NCBI RefSeq assembly: GCF_006345805.1
Contig: NC_043006.1
Span: forward strand, 78,120,001 to 78,184,000
Direction of reading: 5' to 3'
DNA: 64,000 nucleotides
Source: Octopus sinensis
Taxonomy: Eukaryota
This document shows positions 13,801-24,551 of the stretch, piece by piece. The notes under the pieces are model-generated. The model made no database searches. It worked only from the letters and a program-made list of their open reading frames with translations, and was not told where the DNA came from. How positions within the stretch are numbered: the stretch's first letter is position 1; each line of letters opens with the position of its first letter. The position numbers and the translations under genes were made by a program.

Positions 13801-14330
13801 CATTGAGTGAGAGAGCAGTGCATGGCATCAAAGTGCGACTGGGGTAAAATATACGAAGCCCAGTATATCTATCATGACTACCCACCTGATAAGGATACAC
13901 CAGACACATGCATCATTACCATATGTGCGCAACATGGTGATCTCATATCAAGAGTCCATGAGCCAGTTTATTCTTTTCGAAATTCTTAGTGCTTGGGCAG
14001 AAACTCAGACCAAGCTCCAAGACTGAGACATCGTCGGGTAAAAGTTCTAGTTTAGATAAATTTATGACCGACTTATTCTCTAGTGTGATGGATTTTCTTG
14101 GATAAGTTGTTTTCAGAGTCTTACTCTCATGAGATTTCTGACTACGTTTTGGGCTTTGCTCAAAATCTTCACTTAAAACATGGAACCTATTGGGTGATAA
14201 AATTTGTTCTGAATGTTTATGTGCGAAGTTATAATTTCTAGTCGTCTTTCTAGCAGTAATCCATTTCTGGGTGGGTGACAGAAAGTGAGTGACTTCTGTG
14301 GTTTTTGTAGGCATTTGAAAAACCTTTACT
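12960..14330 (-). mobile_element. Internally deleted Penelope-like element (N-terminal region + GIY-YIG end), interrupted by an (AAT)n-element fragment
   Basis: N-terminal VINLS..L...SVLELGLSFCP (14314-13943), C-terminal PIVAFRRNKNLREIL, GGTCKAFHLVYAAECSKHNLIYDGCT and ELAEH. The RT region is missing. Confidence 0.75.
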
Positions 14331-14479
14331 TTCGGGAAAGGAACAAATTTATTGTTTTTGAGGCAAAATCTCCACCGCCGCTCCGATCATCCACATCACA
14401 TAATTCGGTCAAATCCGAAATCCCAATTTTTTAAGATAAAACGGATTTGTAGTGATAGGGGATTACTGGAAACGTGAAA

Positions 14480-15480
14480 ATGCTTTTGTACATCATTATG
14501 TCAAACGCGGTTACAGTGAATCATGATCAAATGAAATAGCAAATGAAATAGCTAAGATTAGCAAAACAAGTTAAACTTTCACGCGTAATTTTAGCAAACA
14601 CAATACAACATGTGATAGAATTCCTTTAGCGATTAACTAGTACCGAAATTTTGCTGACGTTTCAAAAGTGTTGCATGAAAGTTACCAGCGTGTGGCAGAA
14701 AAATATTCTCGTTTCAAACAGATATTTCTTCAGTCACCTATGGTAGCCTTTAAACGGAAAAAGAATATAAGAGAATTATTGACCTCTATTTCTGACTCCA
14801 AGAAAACTGACATTGGAGTATCTGCACGCTGTACCTTAAAGAACAGCCGCAAGAAAGGTAAGCTCTGTTCATTATGCAACAACATGAGTCAAGTGAATTC
14901 CATCAGGAATCATAACAGAAATGTTATAATTTATAAAGGTGGGACATGTAGAGATTCTCATTTGGTGTGCGCAGCAAAATGCACGTAACACGACTTGATT
15001 TATGTTGGTTGTACAACAGAACAATTAAACAAAAGATGTAATGGGCACAGATATCACGTCAGGCACAATAACAGTAGTTCGACAGAACTTGCTGAACATT
15101 TCGCTTCAAACAGCTACAGTTTTGAAAAATACTTGAATGAGCATATTCTCAGAAAATATTCTGAATCTGCTTCACTTTCACATCTGAAAATGCATGAGGA
15201 GAAAAATGTTTGCGGGTTCTTAATATCACGCTCGAGGAGAATAAATAGAATGACAGGAGAATATCCCCAAATTTATATAAAACTGTTTGATTAAGTATTC
15301 TTTTTTCTTTCATCTTTTTTTCAGTCATTTTTCTGTATATTCGTTTTGCGTGTTATAAAATTGAAACTTTTCGCCGGTTATAAAATAGACTGATGATGTC
15401 ATTCCATCAACGTGTGGATGCAGGTTGCTCCCGTTCATACTTTAGATTTGAATTTCTATAATTTTGAATTTTTATCACTT
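14480..15480 (+). mobile_element. Penelope-like element C-terminal/GIY-YIG fragment
   Basis: PMVAFKRKKNIRELL, CSLC, GGTCRDSHLVCAAKC*, IYVGCTTEQLNKRCNGHR and ELAEHF. Homologous and inverted relative to 12960-13690. Confidence 0.8.
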
Positions 15481-16366
15481 TCTATTTTGAAATCGACATA
15501 CAGGTTTGCTATCGAAATATCTGTTTCTTTACTACCAACAAGGGGCTAAACACAGAGGGGACAAACAAGGACAGACAAACGGATTAAGTCGATTATATCG
15601 ACCCCAGTGTGTAACTGGTACTTAATTTATCGACCCCGAAAGGATGAATGGCAAAGTCGACCTCGGCAGAATTTGAACTCAGAACGTAACAGCAGCCGAA
15701 ATACCTATTTCTTTATTACCCACAAGGGGCTAAACATACAGGGGACAAACAAGGACAGACATAGGTATTAAGTCGATTACATCGACCCCAGTGCGTAACT
15801 GGTACTTAATTTATCGACCCCGAAAGGATGAAAGGCAAAGTCGACCTCGGCGGAATTTGAACTCACATCGTAACGACAGACGAAATACAGCTAGGCATTT
15901 CGCCCCGCGTGCTAACGTTTCTGCCAGCTCGCCGCCAAATCGAAATATCGTCCAACCAACAAAGTACCTATTGCTGTCGCATCGCGCTCATCGTCTTGTC
16001 TGTTTACCTTTGTGTAAAGTTACGTCAATCCTTTTAAAATATTATTATTATGATCATTATTATTATTATTTTATGTTTGACTTTTGCTTTACATTTGTAC
16101 AAGTTGGCTCCAAGTCTCACCCAGGGACCTCAAGAGACAAGTTGGAAGTTCATGCTAGTGTTATACCTTGGGTGCCATATATTTGGTTTTGTACATAGTG
16201 TCGTTCTAGAGAATGTTATTATTATTATTATTAGTAGTAGTAGTAGTAGTAGTATATACATAAACATACTTATATGCGTGTGTGTATATGTCAATATATA
16301 TATATATATATATACATATGTGTATATGTTTATGTATGTATATGTATGTGCATGTATGCATACGTA

Positions 16367-16468
<102 letters not shown>

Positions 16469-17217
16469 TAGATATTTGTGTGTATGTATATTAAGAATAT
16501 ATACACGCGCGTGAGTGTGTATTATGTACGTATGCGTGTGTATGTATGAGAGAGAAAGACAGAGAGTGTGTGTATATGTGTGTGTATGTGCATGCGCGCG
16601 TGCGTGCGTGTGCATGTGATTGTATGGCCATTTCTACAGTCAACAATTCTTTTTTAAAACAACTTGCATGCAACAAACCGATAAGAGAGTAGTCCCCTGA
16701 GTCCAACCTATCTTTCAATTTTATCTCGCTATTTCCATAGCAGAGTATTTAACGTGTCCACAACTATTAACAACTCTAAAACAATTTACATTTGATGCTA
16801 TGGAAAAATAATAATCACGACGTTCGTGCATGTAACTTTGAATGGTGTTATCAGCGTGAATTGATATGAAATAAACAAATTATTTTTACTTCAATCATTA
16901 CTACCATTCTCGCTTTAAATTCTGAGCAAATATGTACTATATCGATCCATATCGCAACCCCGGATATGTATCAATGACAATTGTTTATTATATGGAGAAT
17001 TGTTTCAAACAGATCGAATTAAATGTTACTTTTGAGCTGAAGATTGCCAACTAGCATCACGTTAAATTATTAACTTCGCGTTTAACTTCGCGTAAACTGG
17101 TAATATAATGCCAGAACGATACATCTTGCCTCCCATATCGCCGATGATATACATACATGCACATATATACAGATGTATATACATATATGTGTGTGTGTAT
17201 GTGTGTGTGTGTGTGTG

Positions 17218-17251
<34 letters not shown>

Positions 17252-19031
17252 ATGTGTTTTACAATGCTAAGGGTAGATTTGAAATTCGGAGGGATCTAGA
17301 CGGAGCACATTTCAAAAATTTTCAATACAGTTTCGACATAAGATTTATAAATCTTTGTTTTTGATATTATGCTTCAGTTCTTTTTTTTTTTTTTTTAATC
17401 TGGCCGATTTCAGTGAAATAGACAGTTCATTCTGGGACGTCTAATGTATAACAAATAGTAAATGATAATTTATTTTCGAACGCAGAGACGCACTTAGAAC
17501 AGCAGAAACATTGGTTAAATTACCCTTACAAAGCGGAAAAATTTGTCAACAAATTGCCATGACTGATGGTTTTGGTATAAGCTGACAGAAACGTTAGCAA
17601 GCCGGGCGAAATGCTTAGCAGTTCAAATTCCGCCGAGGTCGACTTTGCCTTTCATCCTTTCGGGCCCGATAAATTAAGTACCACTTACGCACTGGGGTCG
17701 ATGTAATCGACTTAATCCGTTTGTCTGTCCTTGTTTGTCCTCTCTCTGTTTAGCCCCTTGTGGGTAGTAAAGAAATAGGTATTTCGTCTACCGCTACGTT
17801 CTGAGTTCAAATTCCGCCGAGGTCGACCTTGCCTTTCATCCTTTCGGGCTCGATAAATTAAGTACCAGTTGCGTACTGGGATCGATCTAATCGACTGGCC
17901 CCCTCCCCGAACATTTCGGGCCTTGTGCCCAGAGTAGAATTTAATTAAACAATAAACAATAAAACATCGTATTAGCATCTTATAATACGCATTTCAGCAC
18001 TTATAAAACAAAAAAATGTTTGTTTATATCTACTCTTTTACTTGTTTCAGTCATTTTGACTGCAGCCATGCTGGAGCATCGCCTTTAGTCGAGCAAATCG
18101 ATCCCAGGACTTATTCTTCGTAAGCCTAGTACTTATTCTATCGGTCTCTTTTGGTGAACCGCTAAGTTACAGGGACGTAAACACACCAGCATCGGTTGTC
18201 AAGCGATGTTGGTGGGGAGACAAACACAGATACACAAACATTCACACATATATATACATATACATATATACGACGGGCTTCTTTCAGTTTCCGTCTGCCA
18301 AATCCACTCACAAGGCTTTGGTGAACCCGAGGCAATAGCAGAAGACACTTGCCCAAGATACCACGCGGTAGGATTGAACCCAGAAGCATGTGGTTGTTAA
18401 GTAAGCTACCTACCACACAGCCCTAAAATAATTTTGTGTCTTTCAAGCTAAGTTAAATTAAGCATTTTTTTTTTTGTCACGCATTCACAAAACTCATGCA
18501 ATATTATAAAATTATTTATTTATGGTTACACCTCACATCTATCTGCCCTACTTGTGTGACTGAAATACCCTGCTTGTCGCATTTTTTTCTTTTTCTACAT
18601 TATATTTTTTCTCTCTTCATATCTTCCACCTACCTGTTTCTTCTGTTTTACTAGATTCACTTTGCCAGGTATCACGTATCAGTAACATTATTATCATTAT
18701 TAAAAATATTTTGTATATACAAGCAAAGCTATTTCTGTAACCTTGCGTAGAACATAAAAAACAAAAAAGTAAAAAAAAACAAATACTTTTGCTGATACTA
18801 CCAGACACGTAAAATAAATAACAGATGAAAGCATGCATAAATTGCATGAACATTAAATTCTTACGTGATTGCATGTCATCTCCGTATAATAATATTTACA
18901 CTCCACTCATAAATACTCGTCAACATACGTAGTTATAAAAAGTTGCAAGGGCAACAAGAATGACAATGCTAATGTATATTATTTACATTATTTACATTCG
19001 AAGGGCATTTGTCCTCATGTTGTTTGTTGTT

Positions 19032-19077
19032 AACACAACGTTTCGGCTGATATACCCTCCAGCCTTCTTCAGGTGTC
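19032..19077 (-). ncRNA. Minimal type I hammerhead ribozyme in a ~150-bp non-coding repeat (about 18975-19125)
   Basis: GACAC-CTGAAGA-A-GGCTG..CAGCC-GAAA-CGT-T|GTGTT: canonical core, 5-bp stem I, 5-6-bp stem II, palindromic ACGT stem III. Confidence 0.75.
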
Positions 19078-19619
19078 TTGGGGAAATTTCGAACCTGGGT
19101 TCTCATTCCTAAGGTATTTTTCGATGTAATTATTATTATTATTATTATTATTATTATCATTATTATTATCATTGTTGTTGCTGTTGTTGTTCAGGACACT
19201 GCTTGGAATCTAACTCGGAATCTTGGGGTTAATAGCCCTCGCTCTTAACCACGACGCCACATGCCCGTGGGTATATGGCGTAGTATGTATACATATATAT
19301 TCTTGGCAATGTATGTATACATATATATATTTTACCTCTTCACTTATTTCAGTCATTGGACTACAGATTTGAAGAGTTTTACCCGAAGAAATCGACCCCG
19401 GTACTTGTTCCTTTGTTTTTTAACCTGGTACACATCCTATAGTTCTTTTAAGCCGAACCATTAGATTACGGGGACGTGAACAAACCAACTCCGGTTGTCA
19501 AGCATTAGTGGAGGACACAAAGACATTCACACACACGGATATATATATTATAGATGTGTGTATAGGTGCGTATGTGTGTGTGTATATGTTTATGCATATA
19601 TGTATGTATGTATGTTGTG

Positions 19620-20040
19620 TCAGGTCACTTTCGAGTGCTACTGGTAACATGTAACCCAGTACAACCTGATTGCATGATTGGGTCGTCGGCGACTAAACCG
19701 GTAACCCCACCAAGCTTGCTTGGTGAGGAGGGTGTTTATTGGACACCCTGCAGGATGAAAAACAAAACCCGTCAAAGGGCGGAGGAACTCTTGAGAGTCA
19801 ACGGCCATCCAATAAATGTCTTAAGGCTGTATCATGCGCGGGGACATAGAAATAATCGGACTGAATACCTGATCGCGCAGTTAAACCATTGAGAGTGAAG
19901 GACTCCTAGCCTTTGTTAGGGCATCCTTCTAGGAGAAGGTAACTCAGGTAACTGGGATAACTCCGATACAAAACCTGCGGCTTAGTGGTTACCGATGATG
20001 TTGACTTGTTCTTCTTTTCGGATTATGGCTGCTGTTGCTT
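19620..20040 (+). mobile_element. Probable RTE-clade 5'-region fragment
   Basis: GGGCATCCTTCTAGGAGAAGGTAACTC resembles a motif I recall from RTE 5'UTRs; GC-richer and non-coding. Confidence 0.3.
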
Positions 20041-20204
20041 AGTGAGTTGGATTGACTCAGTGCACTGCCTTTCCTCACTTTAAAAAAAATCTTCTTACAC
20101 AGGTATTGCACGATAACATTGATTAAGCTTCGTGAAATGGCCATACTCGAAAACGAGGGGGCAGCCACCATGTATGTATGTATGTATGTATTTATGTATG
20201 TGTA

Positions 20205-20422
20205 CGAGGGAGTGCTGTAAAGTTACTGGTTTTGAGTGAAAATAAAACACGGGAGGATCGGTAAATTATGATTTTCTTCAAAATATTCCCCTCTCAAAGT
20301 CACATACTTATTGCAGCGGTTCATCAGTTTTTCTAAGACCTGTAAAAGTACTCAGAAAGTTGGGCCTCCAACCAGCCCTTTCGTGTCACTCTTAAAGCCA
20401 GAAAGTTTTCAACACTACCTCG
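20205..20422. mobile_element. mariner-like MITE
   Basis: TA-CGAGGGAGTGCTGTAAAGTT..CTGG and its inverted CCAGAAAGTTTTCAACACTACCTCG. Confidence 0.6.
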
Positions 20423-20469
20423 TGTGTGTGTAAATATATATATATATATATATATAATTTCCATAACTC

Positions 20470-20738
20470 TGACAGATTTCGGCCAGTATAGGCCCAGGAC
20501 AAGTTTAACTTAGAAGCACCACCTGGTGGCATGTTTAACTTAAAAGTACCACCAGGGGCACCATGTCCTGGTTGTATACGACGGGATCCTTTCAGCTCCT
20601 GTCTACCAGATCTACCCACAAGACTTTCGACGGCAAGAGGCTATATTTCAAGATACTTGGCCAAAGTGTCACACATGGATTGAACCCGTAACGATGTAGT
20701 TTGGAAGCAGGCGCCTTACGATACAACCAGGCCTCCGC
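20470..20738 (-). mobile_element. SINE-A head/body with alternative (LINE-2-type) 3' tail
   Basis: A diverged A-type 5' part followed by CAGGTGGTGCTTCTAAGTTAAAC..GGCC..GGCCGAAA. Confidence 0.65.
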
Positions 20739-20806
20739 TTATCGCTCTACCTATATAGATAGATAGATTCACATATATAATTTCCGTGTATGTGTGTGTG
20801 TGTATG

Positions 20807-20869
<63 letters not shown>

Positions 20870-21338
20870 TATACACACACATAGACAGAAGAGAGGAGAG
20901 AGAGAGAGAGAGAGAGAAGTCAGAAAAGTGACAAAGGACACTGACTAGCATCGCTTTTTATAAAGATAGAAGTTAGACTAACACTTTAGCGAAAGCGGTG
21001 TTGGTCAGTATCCTTTGTCACTTTTGTTACCTCTGTTAATTTTGTCTTTAAGTTCTAATTGATAATAAGCCATCTTTTTGAATTTGTTATATTATATATA
21101 TATATAACAAAAATCAAAAAGATATATATATATATATACATCTACATATATATATATATATACACGGCGGGTTTCTTTCAGTTTCCGTCTACTAGATCCA
21201 GTCACAAGGGGTCGGTGGCCCAAGGTTATATAGTGGAAGACACCTGTCCAAAGTGCCACGCAGTGGGACTGAACCTGGAACTGTGTAGTTGGTAAGGAAC
21301 CTTCTTACCACACAGCCACCCTGCGCCTATATATATAT

Positions 21339-21411
<73 letters not shown>

Positions 21412-21424
21412 TATAATATATAAA

Positions 21425-21481
<57 letters not shown>

Positions 21482-21532
21482 CATATATAGATATATATAT
21501 ATACATATATTATATATATACATATATATATG

Positions 21533-21579
<47 letters not shown>

Positions 21580-22150
21580 GTATATATAACGGGAAGCTTT
21601 ATGAAAATAGACAAGAATGTTTCAATGTATGGGCGTGTATATGTTTGGTGTCTGTTGTCCCCCTCCCCACATTGCTTTACAACTGATGCTAATGAGCTTA
21701 CTCCTCGTAACTTAGCAGGTTGATAAAAGAGACCGATAGCATAAGTACAAGGCTTACAAATAAGTCCTGGGGTGCTTCAGTATGGCCACAGTAATTATAT
21801 ATATATATATTTATATATATATATGAGAGAGGTTTTCTTAAGTATTAAAATAGTTTTAAAATGTTTTTTTTTAGCTCTATTTCTAATGAGTTCAGTATGG
21901 CAAAGTAATTTATTTACTAAGCCCTTTTATATAATGTAATAATTTGAATTCCTTAAATGGTCCCTTTGCATACTGAACACTTGGTGAAATTGATTAATAA
22001 TTATTTTACCCTCAATGTTGAAATTATATATATATATATATTATATATATATATATATAATTATTATATAGAAGGAGCTTCTACAGGACTAGAAGTGTTT
22101 CATTCAAGAGAAATTTTCAGGAATATATATATATGTATATATAATATATG

Positions 22151-22206
<56 letters not shown>

Positions 22207-22260
22207 TTATATAGATATATATATTATATATATATTATATATCTATATATATATAATATC

Positions 22261-22307
<47 letters not shown>

Positions 22308-22430
22308 CAGATATTATATATACATATATATATATGTATATATATATATATAAAAATACATATATATACATACAGATATATATATATATATATGTATTAT
22401 CTATGTATATATGTATGTGTATATATGTGA

Positions 22431-22777
22431 AGGCGTATGGCTCAGTGGTTAGAGCGTCGAGCTTACGATCGTGAGGTTGTGAGCTCGAATCCCGGACCGG
22501 GCTGCGTGTTGTGTTCTTAAGCAAGGCACTTTATTTCACGTTGCTCCAGTTCACTCAGCTGTAGAAATGAGTTGCGACGTCACAGGTGCCAAGCTGTATC
22601 GTCCTTTGTCTTTCCCTTGGCTAACACTGGTGGCGTGGAGAGGGGAGGCTGGTATGCATGGGCGACTGCTGATCTTCCATAAAACAACCTTGCCCGGACT
22701 TGTGTCTAGGAGGGTAACTTTCTAGGTGCAATCCCATAGTCATTCATGACCGAAGGGGGTCTTTACCCTTTACCCTT
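22431..22777 (+). mobile_element. SINE family B (tRNA-Arg-like head, CORE-like central domain); copies at 52704-53036 (-) and about 33430-33780 (+)
   Basis: GGCGTATGGCTCAGTGGTTAGAGCG..TTACGAT..TCGAATCCC head, CTTAAGCAAGGCACTT..CAGCTGTAGAAATGAGT body and TTTACCC tail. It may correspond to the published octopus OR-type SINEs (not verified). Confidence 0.8.
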
Positions 22778-23231
22778 TTATATACATATATATATATATA
22801 CACATATATATGTATGTATATATACGCATATATATATATATATGTGTGTGCGTGCGCGTGTGTATGTGTGTGTGCGTGCGTGAGTGTGTGTGCGCGCGTG
22901 TGTGTGTAAGAGCTTTGCTCAAAATGTTAAATCCTCGTTCTTTCCTTTCCTGAGCGTCTGATAATACAGTACTTGTACCACGTTCTCGCGTTGTTGTTTT
23001 TTCTTGTTTGTTTGGATTCACTATATGCATATATGCATACACACACACACACACACATATACAATATATATATATATATATATATACATTATATATTCAT
23101 AGATGTATGTATTTATATATATATATACATACACACACACAAAGAATGGAATTTATGGTTTTAATATTCTTTAATATTGACATTAAATAATTATATTATT
23201 TTAAAGAATACTAAAAACTGAAGGATTTTTT

Positions 23232-23647
23232 GGCGATCTTTCGTCTCTAGTAGACCTTTCCGTCGATTTCCGTAAAATTTTTTTTTTTTTTACATATGGG
23301 CTTGCGGAAACTTTTGAAGTAATATACATACATATACACATACACCGAGTAAAAAATTTCCGTTATCTCTTTCTTTCACACATTACTCTGTCTCTTCACA
23401 CACACTAACAGAAGCACTTCACTTACACAACATACTGTCTGTCTCCCCCCATCAAATACAACACACACATATACATCAATGCTCCCATGCACGGTAACTT
23501 CAAAAGAACTTCCCTCGTCATACAATCGCTTTCTCTTAGTCTCTTTCGCTCTCATTACTTCAAAAGTTCCCGCAAGCCCATATGTAAAAAAAAAAAAAAT
23601 TTTTTGCGGAAATCGACAGAAAGGTCTACTAGAGACGAAAGATCGCC
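23232..23647. mobile_element. Merlin-type MITE, ~90-bp TIRs starting GGCGA, 8-bp TSD GATTTTTT
   Basis: TIRs 23232-23322/23554-23647; identical 8-mers at 23224-23231 and 23648-23655. Confidence 0.75.
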
Positions 23648-24484
23648 GATTTTTTAATACCTAACTAATTCAGCGACTAATATATTTGACCAGGAATTTC
23701 AACTTGCATGGCTTTCTCCTTGAAAATATAACATACACGAAAGACACAACTTAGATTACAACTGTTATATACTAAACACACACACACTCAGAGGTGAGAG
23801 ATAGAAGGAAAGAGAGAGTGAGAGAGAGGGAGAGAGAAAGTGAGAGTTATATACTCCAAGGTGTCCTTCCTATTTTATGATAGTAGTGTGCCATTTGAGG
23901 GGAAATATCTACTATTTTTTTTTTCCGGCGCGCAAATGACTGCCACTGCTGGCGTTTGTGTAGTTGTTCAATATTTTGTTTTTTCCCACGCATTCGACTG
24001 CTGCTGCTGCTGCGGCTGCACCTGCTGTTACTGTAGTTGATTTTGTTTTAGCTGCTGTTGATGGTACTGGTGTTTTTGTTTTTTTTCCTCCTCCCACCTG
24101 CTATGTGTTGGTGTACGATCATCCTCCCCCCTTGTCCTTCTCTTCTTTCTTCACCCCCTGCTGGTGATTTGTTGTTGTACCGTTCGTTACTTTTGTCAGT
24201 TTAACTTCTGGGCTTGTTCGACTCCAAAATATTTATTTTGCAACACTTAGAGGCAACGAGAAACAGAGAGAGACAGACAGAGACAAAGAGAGAGACAGAT
24301 ATGGAAGATGAGAGAGGGAGAGAGAGACACGGAGAAAGAGAAAGAGAAAGAAGTAAAGTTTGAGGGAGAGAAAGTTAGAGGTACTATATATGAAGAAGTA
24401 GGACTGAGGGCGAAATAGAGAGGAGGGCGACAGAGGAGGATTCTCTCATGCAGCTAACACAATCTACATCTGTAAATGAATTAC

Positions 24485-24541
24485 AGCTAATGGATTTGTT
24501 GTCTCTCTTATATTCTGTCTGCCACACTCTTTTACAAGCAG
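24485..24541 (+). promoter_or_regulatory. Putative 3' splice acceptor of a 5'UTR intron of GPCR-1 (tandem AAG/CAG)
   Basis: Branch-point-like CTAAT (24487-24491), a pyrimidine-rich tract, then AAG (24536-38) and CAG (24539-41), 10 nt before the ATG. Confidence 0.4.
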
Positions 24542-24551
24542 CCGATTCATA

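Noticed and set aside
15383-15525. CTGATGA ... GAAATATC as a long-stem-II hammerhead at the Penelope 3' end
   Set aside because: The GAAATATC half belongs to the adjacent SINE-C linker (reverse complement of GAAATAGGTATTTCG).
22431-22505. SINE heads (also 49746, 4446, 30661) as tRNA genes
   Set aside because: The acceptor stems are poor, there is no T-run terminator, and each continues into a multi-copy SINE body.
23920-23940. TTTCCGGCGCGCAAA as an E2F-type promoter site
   Set aside because: It is a single short motif with no supporting promoter evidence.
24385-24392. TATATATG as the GPCR-1 TATA box
   Set aside because: There is no initiator at about +30, and it lies in a GA-repeat context.
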